NCBI GenBank assembly: GCA_013239625.1
Contig: MU053881.1
Location: 14,312,373-14,374,372, forward strand
Direction: 5' to 3'
DNA: 62,000 nucleotides
DNA from: Lama guanicoe
Lineage: Eukaryota
Positions 49,936 through 62,000 of this stretch are shown here, piece by piece. Within the stretch, counting starts at the first letter, position 1; the number at the start of each line of letters is the position of its first letter. Position numbers and translations under genes: made by a program. The notes under the pieces are model-generated. The model ran no database searches, had not been told where the DNA came from, and saw only the letters and a list, made by a program, of their open reading frames with translations.

Positions 49936-50342
49936 GTAGGCCATTGAGAAGTCACTTCCTGTGCAGACTGAGGATCACAACAACCTCCCACCTCTGGTCC
50001 TGGCTCAGCGCTGACGTGCGTCATGGGCCATCTTGCTCATCACATCCCCTCTCTGGCGGCGGACGGTTCGCTCCTGCCTTGTCAGAGCCCTGCTTTCTGG
50101 TGTATCACACTCATTTATTTTGCAGCTCGTCACGGGGAAATCCTGCTGCCAGTGAGTAACAAGCACTGCAGTCTGGGTCCAAGACCTGAAGCACCAGGCC
50201 TTCCGTTGTTATAAAAGGATCTGAGGTGACAGGATTAGGAAAGCAGAATAATCATTTTGTTTTGTGTGTTTTAAGCATCCAGAGTAATCCCCATGGAAGC
50301 TTCTGCCAAGGCAAAGCCTTTTGTTAAAAAAAAAATCTTTTA

Positions 50343-50482
50343 GAGGGGTGTCTTCAGCTCAGTGGTAGAGCACATGCTGAGCATGCATGAGGTCCTGGGT
50401 TCAATCGCCAGTACCTCCATTAAAAAAATACATACATACGTACATGTATACATAAACCTAATTACCTCCCACCCCCGAAAAA
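50343..50482 (+). mobile_element. tRNA-derived SINE (Vic-1-like)
   Basis: agctcagtggtagagcacatgctgagcatgcatgaggtcctgggttcaatc...cctaattacctccc. Confidence 0.85.
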
Positions 50483-50484
50483 TA

Positions 50485-51010
50485 TTTTTATTTTGAATGA
50501 ATTTACACTTTCAGTAAAGTTGTAACACTAGTGCAGAGCGTTCTCGTATACTCTTCTCCCAGCTTTCTCTACTGACAGCACCTTCGGAACCGTGGTGCAA
50601 TCACTGAAACCAGGAGATTAACATGGGTACGATGCTCCGTCACTGAGCAACAGGCCCTGCTTGAATTTCCAAGGTTTTTGTCCTAAATGTCCTTTTTCTG
50701 GTCCAGGATCCCACGTTGCATTTAGTCATCATGTGTCCTTAGTCTCCACCAACCTGTGACGTTTCCTCCATTGTTCCTCATCGTCCAGGACCTTCACACT
50801 TTGGCCAAGAACTGCTCAGTCATTTTATAGCGTGTCCCTCGGCATGGTTTGTCCATTGTTCCCCCGTGACTAGACTGGAGCTGTGCATCTTTGCGCGGTC
50901 CCACAGAAGCAGTGGTGTGTCCTTCTCCGCACATGATGTCGGAGGTGTATACCGCCAGTAAGTCCTGTCGCTGGTGGTGCTGACCTTGGTCACCTGGTCA
51001 AGGTGAATAA
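50485..51010 (-). mobile_element. Old L1 (L1MC/MD-like) 3' UTR fragment
   Basis: ttttattttgaatgaatttacactttcagtaaagttgtaac...cacgttgcatttagtcatcatgtgtccttagtctcc pattern. Confidence 0.5.
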
Positions 51011-51084
51011 CAATTTGAAGATTGTTTACAAGAGAAGCCACCAAATAAGATGAAGACATCACTGAAACCAAAGTCATCAAGAGA

Positions 51085-51241
51085 GGGAGGGGAAGTTTGG
51101 CTCAGTGGTAGAGTAAGCACTTAGCATGCCAGAGATCCTGGCTTCAATCCCTAGTACCTCTGTAAATAAATAAACAAACCAATAAATAAATAAACACATC
51201 CCTCTCCCCCCCAAAATATTTAAAACTTCTTTTGAAAAAAA
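51085..51241 (+). mobile_element. tRNA-derived SINE (Vic-1-like)
   Basis: Same family; flanking near-duplicates caaagtcatcaaga / caaagccgtcaaga. Confidence 0.85.
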
Positions 51242-51734
51242 CAAAGCCGTCAAGAAAAAGGTTGTCACTTGATTTCTTTGAGTGGTCTCTTGAGATCAGC
51301 TGTTTGAATGCTGTGTGTCACCGTGGAGGATGGCACTTCAGAGATGCTGGGGCTTGTGGAAAATGAAAATGTGACACAAAAGTATGTTTCTTTCTGATCA
51401 CAGTTTTGGGGTGACATTGACATGCACTTGACGAGGACAATGGCTGAGAGCAGTGACAGGGTCTGAATTTTGCTTTGCCCCTGGCTACATGACCCTGACA
51501 AGTGACTGAACCTTTCTCTGTCCCAAGTCCTCCTCTGTGAATTGGGACATGGATAAACCCTAGATCATGGTTACTGAAGACTGTGCGTTCATACATGTAA
51601 GGCTATGGGTGTGGTGCTGGCCTGCAGTAGTTAATCTGATGACTGAAAGAGAAATTCCATTTTAAACCTACATTTAAGTTTCACCCAGATGCTATAATGG
51701 ACGTAACATTCTCCTCCCCACTACCCAGTTTGAA

Positions 51735-52605
51735 TATTTTTTATTGGATTAAAATATATATAACATAAAATTTACCACTTTAATCATTTTTAATCTATTT
51801 TTAATTTTAAGTTTTATTTATATTTTATGGAGGTACTGAGTATTGAACCGAGGACCTTGTACATGCTAAGCACGCACTCTACCCTCCCCCTCGACTTTAA
51901 CCATTTTTAAGTGCACAGTTAAGTGGCATTCAGTACATTCACACCTGCAGCTTTCGCTACTGTCCATCTCCTCAACATTTTCATCTTCCTAAACAGAAAC
52001 TCCATACTCATTAAATACTACCTCCGCGTTCCCCACTCCCCTGGCCTCTGGTAACCACTGTTCTGTCTGCATGAATGTGACTGCTCCAAGTATCTTGTAT
52101 ACGTGGAACCATGCAGTGTTTGTCCATCTGTGTCTGACTTATTTCTCTAGCACAGTGTCTTCAAGGTTCACTCACATTGTAGCATGTGTCAGATTTTGCT
52201 TCCTTTTAAAGGCTGAATAATATTTCATTGTATGAATGGACCACATTTTGTTTATCCATTCATTGTAGGACATGTGGTTGTTTCCACCGTTTGGCTGTTG
52301 TGAATAATGATGCTAATATCTGTGCAAATATTTGTTTGAGACCTTGCTTTCAGTTATTTGGGGTGTATGCACAGGAGTGGAAGTGCTGGGTCACATGGTA
52401 ACTGTATATTTAACTTTCTGAGGAGATGCCAGGCTGTTTTCCACAGCAGCTACACCACTTCACATTCTAACCAGCAGTGCGTGAGGTTCCAGTTTCTCCA
52501 CATCTTCTTAAACACTTGTTATTTTCTGGGTTGTTTGTTTGCTTGTTTGTTTGTTTGTTTTGATAATAGCCATCCTATTGGGTACAAAATGGTTTCTCAT
52601 TGCGG
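51735..52605 (-). mobile_element. L1 (L1MB-like) 3' end, interrupted by a SINE
   Basis: aacataaaatttaccactttaa...ttttaaaggctgaataatatttcattgtatg...ccacattttgtttatccattcat...gctgggtcacatggtaact. Confidence 0.85.
51795..51890 (-). mobile_element. tRNA-derived SINE (Vic-1-like), internally deleted
   Basis: Body present but ACTGAGCTATACC missing; target-site duplication ACTTTAA(T/C)CATTTTTAA. Confidence 0.8.
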
Positions 52606-53469
52606 TGGACATGATGTTTCTTATACTTGTTTGTATTTTAAGGACTCTTTGTTTGATGACAGCAGATTTGGGGAGCCATATGAGTTCAAGAAGTATCTCA
52701 TCATTATGGATCTTCACGGCGTCCCTCCTTAACCCAGATGGAAGCCAACATTTTACCTGTTATCTCTACCACCACTTTGCTTTTTCATAAAAGCCTTTGG
52801 TAGCTTGAGTGGTCTACATTCATTCTCATAGGTCCATTTGTGTGTGTTTAACTTTATTTTTTCTTTTTTAAGAAGAGAGTAAAATTTAGTTTTACTTGCA
52901 ACTTTAGCTCAATTTAATTAACAAATATTAACTCCCTGGGTTGCAAATATTTCGTATTCTTTAGTTCAGTATTTTCCAGAAGGGACATTACTGGCATGTT
53001 GGGATGGAACAATTCTTTCTTCATGCTCTACTACAATATACTTACTCTCCTTTATCTTGTATATTTTATATAGCACAATACAGTATAATATACTAATAAT
53101 ACTATTTCTATAATTTCTGTCTAAACTATAAAGCACATTATAACATTTATAATTTCTGGACCCCACCCACAAAATTTAAGTGACACACCCCAGTCACTGT
53201 GACAACCGAAAATGTCCCCAGGTAAATTTCCAAATGTAGATTAGAAGGTAGCAACGCCCTGACGTGAGGACCACTGCATATTACACAGGTAGAGTCTATT
53301 TGCTGCTTGAATAAACAAAATAGTTTAAGTGTCAAGTGATTTGCTTCATAGTTTTCTTTAACTAAAAGTCGATTCCTTTCTTTGAAGGGAGATTCATATT
53401 TCTTAGTTTCCTTTTAAAAGAAGAAGCATATATTCGTTTGTTTCCACAGTAGTAGGTGAATGTGTTTAA

Positions 53470-54660
53470 CTTTTTACTTTGAAACAACTACAGATTTACA
53501 TAAATGTTCCAAGAATAGTGGTAATACATTTTCTCCCTGAACTTTTTATTGGGGAGTGAGTTGCTGCCACAGTTCCCCATGACCCCTGCACACTTGAGCG
53601 TGTTTCCAACAGACAAGGACATTGTCCTGTTTCCCCACAAGACAACTGTCACAGTCAGGAAAGGAACACTGACACCCACCACCGGGAATCCTCAAGCTCT
53701 GCCAGTTGTCCCAATAGCATCCTTGAAAAGGACACAGGTCAACATCTCAAGTTGCATTTAATTATCACATCTCTTCTGTCTTGTTCCATTTGTGACAAAG
53801 CCCCCATCTTTCCTTGACTTCCATGACCTTGACCGTCAGGAAGATCACAGGCAGGCCCCACCTTTGGGGCTTATCTGGTGTCTCCTCGTGATTAGATTTC
53901 CACTGCACATCCTCAAAATGAGGCGATGCCTCTTGTCACGCAGCGGCTGGTCGGTGGTGCCCACGTTTGCTCTGTCCCTGTTGGTGACATTGACTTTGAT
54001 CACTCCAGTGAGAGAGTGTCTGCCAGACAACTCCTTTTTACAGTTGCTCCTTTCCCCTCTGTAATGAGTATTCTGTAGAAGGTACCCTGAGACTATCCCT
54101 CATTAAATTTCCCATTTTTTTCACTTTTGTATCTTGTATCAGTGTAGATTCATGGAGCCTTATCACAGTTACTATCCTCACTCGTGTTGATGCTCAGGCC
54201 ATCCCAGATTCGTGTAGTGCGAGCCCCTTCAAGCTGGCTTCGTGCCCTTCTGACGTGTCTCCATCAGCCTTTGAGGACTATTCCTTGCTGCCAGAACGTG
54301 TTCCAGGCTCATCTTCTTCCCTCCTTGCCCCAGCCAGAATCGGCTGTTTCCCCAGGAACCCTGGCTCCCTTTAGAGTGGACCTTGGCCCTGGGAGTGCTC
54401 ACTGCTGTTGAGGTGTTACTGCTCTGGTCACTCTCAGGGCACAGAGCTAAGGAGTATTTGTGGGTGATACATGTATCTGCACACACACACATTCTCATCT
54501 GTATTTTTCTGCATATGTTGAAAACCATGAGTTCATTTCTGTACCTTTAATTCTTATTCAATACCAGAGGGTTCATTCTATTTTTCTCTCTTTCTGGATC
54601 TGTAAACTCCTTCCTCTGACAGTAAGAACCCTGTCCTCATTATCTTCAGTTCTTTTACTT
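53470..54660 (-). mobile_element. Old L1 (L1MC-like) 3' UTR fragments
   Basis: ttttactttgaaacaactacagatttaca...gttgcatttaattatcacatctct...gttgaaaaccatgagttcat patterns. Confidence 0.45.
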
Positions 54661-57600
54661 ATTTAACCGGTCGTTCCCTCCCCCGTCATGTGCCGGATCC
54701 TCCTCCGCCACATGGGTCCCTTTTCACTGCCTCAGCCCCTGACCCGGGTCCCCCGCCAGCTCGCCGCTGCGGGCAGCTCCCACATGTTGCCCTGCTCGCC
54801 TTTCTTAGGCTCCAACACCCAGAGCCCCATCGCCCTCCTCCGCAATGCCCCTTGCCCTGTCGGGCTGGAGCGTCCCAAGCTAAGCTCCTGCTCAGGCACC
54901 TGTCACAGCTGCTTGAAAGTCTAATGGCCTGTGTTGTCTGTTGCTTATTTAAATGACAAGGAGCACATATTCTGGCTTCCAGTAAACAAAGGCTGGGCTT
55001 TTTGGGATTAACCAAGCTTGCCCTCAACCCCTCACCGCACTCCCTTTATGCTCTGTCTGAACCAGATAAGCAGCATTCCTGCAACTTCAGGAGCCACAAA
55101 ACCCGAGAATCCTCCGGGCTGAAGGAAACTGCCTACAGGGGACACACCACTGTGTGTCCAGCCCTGGAGACACTGGCTACAGCCAGGTGCCCCAGCACCA
55201 TTGAATTGTGCGGTGTTGGTCACCCTCATAAAAATCCGGTGGTGCCTCTCTCTATGAGGTGTCCTCCTCCCAGCCCCCACACCCCAGGGGAAAACAGCCC
55301 TTTAGGGGCCTCCTCGCTGCCCCTAGAAGTTGACTATCATCAGAGCTCCTTGGATGTGTGGGCCCCTGAGATCTTTATTGACAACTCATCTGTGCAAGAT
55401 ACAGAATTTAGTAGTAATAAAAAGCAATTTTTAAAGGTGCTGTAATCGGCTGTCGTCTCCGGCAGCTGTAGTTCTCGGCGACCTTCTTCCCGTCGATGAA
55501 ATGCTGAGAGTGAACAGGAAACCGGTCCCTGAGAGCTGTGGGTGTGCTGTCTGGACGCACCTCCTGTCTGCTCCATCTGACTCTGGACGTGTATTTGTGG
55601 CTGCAGCCACCAGCCAGCTTCAAACTCAGCGGCTTCAGGCAAAAAGAAAGGATTGATACCTTCTGCCAGCAGGACAGGCTCAGGTGTCCGTCTCTGCCCA
55701 CGCCATCGCCCTGTCCCGTCTTCCCAGCCTGCGAGGGCCACACTCCGGGCTTCTGACTCCACCCAGGCTGAGTCCCAAGGCGGCTGTGGGCTCAGAGCAC
55801 GAGCCATACATCAGATCTGAGCATTTCTTCAGAAAATCATGCTTCCTTTCCACTGAGAGGCTCAAGCATCGGGGTGCCTGGTACATTTTGGGGCATCACA
55901 GCACAGGTGGGGCAGCACCACTCAGCCTTGAAAAGTGCAAGCCGTCACAGCTGCTGACAGCTGCCTAAATGTCAAGTTCAGCGTGGCCAGGGGACTTCTC
56001 ATGCCAGTGGGAAGCGCAGTCTCGGGAGCACTGGGTTTCCACACTTTTCCAGTCTCAGGATGGGCCACCAGTAGCAGGAAAGTAAGTGAGATCTCAGTTC
56101 TGCCTCAGCTTCCCCCAACCCCAGGACCAGGGATGACCAAGTCTTGGCCTGAAGAAAACTATTCAGGGCCCCGATCCTGGACCCTGGTTCTCCCCGGCCA
56201 CTGCCCGATGAGCGATCCTGCGGGCTGGGCCTCCCGGCGCGCCCACGTGGGGAGATGGCACATCTGCTTCTTGACTTAACCTACATTTCTCACATTCCCC
56301 TCGGGCTAAAGTCTGCGGCAGGCCTTCAGGGTAAAAACCAAATCTGCACAGAGCTTTTAAAGCCCAGTGGACATCAGTGGAGCATGGGCCACAGTCAGAC
56401 AGCTCCCGCTTCCCGGCATCATTATCCCAAACTTCCAACAGCCTCAGGGCAGACACTTACTTTACAAATGAGCAGAGTGAAGCTTCAGAGAGACGGGGTT
56501 GCACCTCAGTAACCCACAGCCAGGCTGCGTGCTACCTCTCTGCACCCTGCCCTGGCTCAGGGAGGGAACCCTGCACCCACAGGTCCAGGTGCTGTCTGTG
56601 CATCCGCTGCTCTCACTGCATCCACGGTGGCTCCTGGCCTCTGCCACCTGTCTCCTCCAGTGAGTGTGTTACCCCATTCATTGACTGGACCTCCCCTGCC
56701 ATGCTCCCAGCCCAGGCTGAGACAGGGAGGTTCTGTTTCTGATCAGATTTGTGCAGCCAACACTGAAACCAGTGCTGAGACTGGAACAGCACAGGCTTTT
56801 GCTCAATGGCCAAAGAATGGAGAAGCGGGAACTTAGTTTGCAAATCGACTTCTCAACCCAAATTGGGCGGAGACACCAAATATAGAGGAGGGTCAAGGTA
56901 AAAGGGGAGAATTGGAAAGAGTGGGAGGAACATCCACCAGTGTCCTGAGAACAAGGGTGTGGTTTGGACCTGGAACTGGTGCAGCTCTCCTTTTCAGTTC
57001 TTGTATGGGCTTTTCCCCTTGTCAGCTGTCTTGGGGCTGGAGGTGTCACTGAGCAAGCTAATGTATTACAGGAGCGTATACTGAGGCCCAAGGTCCACTG
57101 GAAGGCAAATCCTCCACCGTCGTGGGCCTAGTTGGTTCTAACCAGTTCTTTTTTCTTTTTTCCCTCTTTGTAGCTTTCTCCTGAAACTTAGATAAGAGCA
57201 GTTGGTTTCCATTTGAGGCGAGGGGCAGGGGTATGATTCTGGGGTAACAGCCTTGGTTGTAAGTGCAGGGTCTAGGTAGCGCTATGTCCTGGGAGTGCCC
57301 TGGTACTTGGCACACAGTGTACGGACTTTATATTTTTGTTATATTTTTGTTGAATGAAGAACTGTTTCTGGTGACTGATACCTATTAATGGTGAAAAGGT
57401 GAAATCCTTTTTATTCGGTACATCTACAGGATTCAGGAAGATTGTGTATCTAGGGCCCGACTGTGAACACAAGGCTTATAGTTCATATCATGGTAAAAAG
57501 AAAGCCATCCTCTGTGTAAACCCAGTGTTAGTGGATGTTCCTGGAAGCGCTACTTTATGAGTTCCAAGAATTGCCTTCTGATGCCTCCCCTGACCTGTAG

Positions 57601-57949
57601 GATAGATGCAGGCACATCTTCCAGGGTCAGCGTACAGGCTCCACCTGTGTACTCAATGCCGCGTTCAGGGGGTCCTGCCTGCGGCAGTCTCTGCTGGCCA
57701 CGGAAGCCCTAGGGTTCCACTCCTCTCCCAAATCCTTCCCGCGGTATCTGGAGGAGCTGGCCTGAGGAGGACAAATAAGCCGTTTTTGGAGAGCTTTGAA
57801 TTTAGCTGGGAGGACCAAAAACCAGCCCAATCCCATTCTTGAAACCCTCAGGGCTGGGTGCCCCACAGAATTCAGAGATGTTTGGATGTTGATGAGGACT
57901 GAGGCAGAGCCTGCACTCGCACAGTGACCTCTGGCACGTGAGCAGGAAC

Positions 57950-58013
57950 GGTCTCGCACACTGGCGTGGGGTCTCGCACACCGGCATGGGGTCTTGCACA
58001 CCGGCGTGGGGTC
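57950..58013 (+). repeat. 20-bp minisatellite, about 3.2 copies
   Basis: GGTCTCGCACACTGGCGTGG / GGTCTCGCACACCGGCATGG / GGTCTTGCACACCGGCGTGG / GGTC. Confidence 0.9.
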
Positions 58014-58774
58014 AGGCTTTGCTTCCAAATGAACTTGAGTGCCAACTTGTATAAAAACCTTTGGATCTTGGATTGCAGATGGGCAGGTGGCTTCAAGCCC
58101 CGTGAAGAGCTGCCCGGCATCCGGGGCAGTTCACACAGACGGGCCTGCTCTGTCTTCTCTGAACTGTCACTGTCCCCTGTGCTGGTCTCAGCTGCACATC
58201 CGTGCCTCGGTTTGATTGGTTCCGGGTTCGCTGTGTCTCTGAGGAACGAGAAGTGCCGGCTCCACCAGCCTTGCTCTCGGGCCAAGGAACTCTCCGTGCT
58301 GCGGGAGCACAGGCAGCGGCCTGTCAGAGTAGATGAAAATAACTCATCACGCGAGGGAACACCCTCGTGTTTCCTCACCACCGTTCCTGGGCCTGGCTGG
58401 GAGCTGTCAGGCATACGTAATCCAGCAGTTTTTCACCTTTGTTTGTTTCCCTTCCTCATCAGCCACCCAGGCCTGTTGCTGTCGTTACATCGTTATGGAT
58501 AGCTTCAGCCTTCTGGTCGGGTCTGTCCCAGCCCCTGCCCTTCAGGCCAGTGTGCGGCTTCCTCCCCTCTGTGAGTGGCTGGACCGGGGGCTGAGACCCA
58601 GGTGCAGTATTCCGTTATGGCCGTGCGGGCAACAGACCTCCTGAAGCTGGGGGGGGTCATTTCTCAGGTTGCTTGGAGTATTCTTCCCCAGCCCCCCAGT
58701 CGCAAGGTGACTTGTGAATTGAGTTCAGAGCTGTGGTCCATCCCTCGGGGGTGACTTACATGTGAGCTAATTAA

Positions 58775-58910
58775 AATCAAGCATAACTAAATAAGGCATT
58801 CTTCAGCCACACTGGCCACATTTTGAGTGCTTGGTAGCCATGTGTAGCTGGTGGCTCCCATACTAGTGCAGATCTGGAATGTTCCATCACTGGGAAATTT
58901 CCGCTGTACA
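58775..58910. mobile_element. MER3/MER33-like DNA transposon fragment
   Basis: gccacattttgagtgcttggtagccatgtgtagctggtggctcccatact...gaatgttccatcac resembles the 38757-38955 copy. Confidence 0.55.
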
Positions 58911-58984
58911 GACATGTGGATGAGTATAGACAAATATACAAATCAAAGACTATGAAAAAAACCCAGCATCCATGAGGACGACTA

Positions 58985-59362
58985 AAGAAAGAAAACGTGG
59001 TCCCTCTCTGCAGTGGAATGTTGTCCAGCCATAAAAAGGAGTGAAGTTTTCTGACAGGGGTTATAACATGGATGAGCCTTAAAAACTTTATGCAGAGTGA
59101 AAGAAACCAGGCACAAAAGGCCACAATAGTATGTGGTTCCATTTATGTGAAATGTGCAGAAGAGGTAGAAAGAGATTAGTGGTTGCCAGGGGCTGGGGGC
59201 GGGGCGGGGGGTGGCTGCTAACGGGGACGGGGTCTCTTTTTGGGGTGGGGAAAAGGTTAGGTGGTGGTTGCACAACCTGGTGAATATACTAAAAATCACT
59301 GAATTATTCACTGTAAATGGGTGAACTGTATGTCACGTGAATTCTGTCTCTATAAGGCTGTT
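58985..59362 (+). mobile_element. L1 (L1MB-like) 3' UTR
   Basis: cagccataaaaaggagtgaagt...acatggatgagcctt...gattagtggttgccagggg...gtgaatatactaaaaatcactgaatt. Confidence 0.8.
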
Positions 59363-60189
59363 GTGAAGACGACTTGGGGACTGAAGGGTTTCAGCTGGGG
59401 CCGGTCTCTGATGAAGAGCGAGCCCACAGCTTAAGGCCTTCGGACACAGATGCCTGTGAAGCAGCACCTTCTTGCAGCCTCTGTCCGGGCTTCCTCTTAG
59501 GGCTTAACCATCCACTGAAACTGTCTTGTGCCTTTGTTTCTGGTTTGTTTTCTGATCCCTCCCTGGAATGCCGGCCCACGAAAGCACAGGCGTGCCTGCG
59601 GTGTGTCCCAGCCCTGTTACTGGTGTGGCACACAGTAGCTTCCAGTAAACAAAAGTGACTAACCTTTCTTAACAGAAGATGCTCCTTGTAGCTGTCACCT
59701 AGAGCCAGCTTAACATCAGTCCCTGGGACAGTTCCTCTTCGAGAAGTTAGGGCATTGGCCGGCCTGAAAATCCTGACATGCAGAAGAATAAGCCCCAGAG
59801 CCCCATTAGAGTCAATAAACATAAAACTACTCGGTCACGTTGCCGGGAAGGTTCCTGCATGCAGCCTCTGTGTCTGTGTTGGCCTTTCCATAGACAGAGG
59901 GCAAACCAGACACCACCTTTCAAGGCGCCCTGGATTAGGACTGAACTAAACGAGCTAAAATCTCATCGTTTGTGCTGCACCCACAGAAGAACTGTCAGAA
60001 GGGGAAGGCTCAAGAGGGGTCTCCAAGGAAAGGGGGGACCTGAAGGCAGGGGTGGGGTGGTGTTGGCCTACCTGGGCCTGCATGCACGTACGTTCTTCCT
60101 CAGACACGTGTTAGGCTCTGTGACACATTCTGTGGAGCAGGGTCACAGACTACAGTATTGGTCAATAAAGTTTTATTGGAACACAGCTG

Positions 60190-60478
60190 CTCATTGGTTT
60201 GCTATTGTCTAGGGCTGATTCAGTTCCTGGAAAAGGCTCTCTTCCCGGCTTGCAGACCGGTGCCTTGGTGCCTTCTCGCTGTGTTCTCACAGGTGGGTAG
60301 GATGGGGAAGAGGCTCCCGTTGCTCTTCTTAAAAGGCCACAGCCCTTCTATGGATTAGGGCCCCACCCTTATGACCTCACTTGACCTTAATTACCTCCTC
60401 ATGGATTCTATTCCATACATACATTGGGGGTTCCATGTGTGAATTTGGGGGGACACAGTTCAGTCCATAGCAGTTCCA
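60190..60478. mobile_element. MaLR (MLT1A-like) LTR fragment
   Basis: ggctctcttcccggcttgcagac...ccccacccttatgacctcacttgaccttaattacctcc...gaatttggggggacacagttcagtccatagca. Confidence 0.7.
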
Positions 60479-61252
60479 TATTGTTTCTTCCAAAAAAACA
60501 TAATGTGTTGAGATTTATCATTCTATTTTGCTTCATTGTTTGGTTTACTGGCGTTTTCACACCCACTGTAAATTGGAGACAGAAGGAACGTTTGTGGTTT
60601 GGCAGGGTGCGCCTTTGTTCCTGATCCCACCTCCTCTTCCAAGCGCCCCCGACTGACAGTGTCCCTGAGCTGAGCTCCCGGTCTCCAGAGCCTCCTGCCC
60701 GCCAGTCAAGGGCCCTGAGGGAGCTGGGGAGCACGGCTGGGGCGCTCTGGAACAGTCTACCGGAAATGAGCTTGTACTTGGCAGTAATGAGTGTCTAGTG
60801 ACCATAATCAGGCCAGGGATCGTGTGCTGGGAGGCAGATACGCAGCACTGAGGGAGACACAGGGCTTGCGAGGGGCCTCTGACAGAGAGGAAAAGCTCTT
60901 GGCACGGCTGTGTCCACAGCTGGGACTGGTGCTGGTGACTGAAGCACAGGGTAACTTGCTTTTTTAGGTTTTGCTTCTCTTTGTACACATACATTTGCAA
61001 AAATGTACAGCCTTGAAGAAGTAAAGCTGTAGCGTGTGAATGCCTGTCATAACATATGCACTGTTAGCATCACAGGCCTGGGGTGTGACAGCCAGACTGT
61101 CTCCTCATTCACGGGTTTCCGCGTGACCTTGGTTTCTCACAGTTACGACGTAGTCATGTGTGTGTCCCGTAAACACAGCATCTCCTGCTGTCAGTGTTAC
61201 TGTAGGATATGCTTTCAGAACAGGAATCTGAAGACCAAAGGAAAAGTGCTGC

Positions 61253-61427
61253 GGGGAGGGTAGAGCTCAAGTGGTAGAGCACATGCTTAGCATGCACGAG
61301 GTCCTGGGTTCGATCCCTAGTACCTCCTCTAAAAATAAATAAACCTAACGACCTCCTCCCAAAAAACTAAAACTTAAAAAATAATACAATAATAAATAAA
61401 AATACTTCTAAAATATTTTTTTAAAAA
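61253..61427 (+). mobile_element. tRNA-derived SINE (Vic-1-like)
   Basis: ggggagggtagagctcaagtggtagagcacatgcttagcatgcacgaggtcctgggttcgatccc; flanking near-duplicates caaaggaaaagtgc / caaaggatatgtgc. Confidence 0.88.
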
Positions 61428-61544
61428 CAAAGGATATGTGCTTTTTCAGTGTTAATCAGCATTTCAAAGCTCCCTCCAAAAAAGGCCACACCAATGCATA
61501 CCCTATAAAGATATATGAGAAAAGGCTGGGGTGTTCCCGTTGTA

Positions 61545-61700
61545 ATTTTTTTAATTGCAGTATCGTTGATGTGTAATATTATGTAAGTTACAGGCGTCTA
61601 ATGTAGTGATTCACAATTTTTAAAGGTTAAACTCCATTTATAGGTATTATAAAATGTTAGCTATATTCCCTGTGTTGTACAATATATCCGTGTGGCTTAC
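61545..61700 (-). mobile_element. L1 extreme 3' end fragment
   Basis: ttttttaattgcagtatcgttgat...aatattatgtaagttacagg...gctatattccctgtgttgtacaatatatcc. Confidence 0.7.
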
Positions 61701-62000
61701 CTTTGTAATTTAAGAGCTTTCATTGGAGAACAGTAAGTTCCAGGGTTTTTTACTGTGTTTTTTAAACTCTCCAGCAGCTGGTTGGGTACCTGGTTTGTGA
61801 TGGGCTCCCAGATGCTTGCTGTTGGATAAATAAAAGAACAGGAGAAAGACTGCCACGTGCCCCTCAGCAGCCCAGGGTCACACATGCACACGCAGGTACA
61901 TACTTGCCCTCGCATGAACCCACACTCCCATGTGCACGCGCACACACACACACACAGACATGCATGTGCCTACGTACACCCCTTCATTCAGCCACATGTT

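Noticed and set aside
57950..58013. CRISPR-like array
   Set aside because: Head-to-tail repeats without unique spacers in mammalian DNA; a minisatellite.
49936..62000. PBX4 exon 3 or homeodomain exons
   Set aside because: No LRLDNMLLAEGV-like or WFGNKRIR-like peptide seen; they presumably lie beyond the window.

Overview
Mammalian genomic DNA, most likely a camelid judging by nine copies of a tRNA-derived SINE resembling the camelid Vic-1 family. It holds the conserved gene block ATP13A1 - GMIP - LPAR2 - PBX4, all on the + strand. Three genes are complete, and I walked them exon by exon with GT-AG boundaries and consistent phase: ATP13A1 (26 coding exons, 1204 aa, P5A-ATPase), GMIP (21 coding exons, 961 aa, F-BAR/C1/RhoGAP) and LPAR2 (2 coding exons, 351 aa GPCR). 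PBX4 is partial: exons 1-2 only, and the rest lies beyond the window. The first ~35 kb is GC-rich and gene-dense; the remainder is repeat-rich PBX4 intron (L1, L2, MIR, MaLR LTR, MER-type DNA transposons, SINEs). I cannot support a new gene system. The best leads are (i) a ~350-bp CpG-undepleted, foreign-looking segment in PBX4 intron 1, (ii) dense, strand-polarised TGACC (nuclear-receptor half-site / branch-point-like) clusters across the 3' half of GMIP, (iii) a perfect PBX-HOX-type palindrome next to a MEIS site inside PBX4 intron 1, and (iv) a locally templated L1 micro-copy. Comparisons with human orthologues and repeat family names come from recall, not from searches. Repeat boundaries are approximate.
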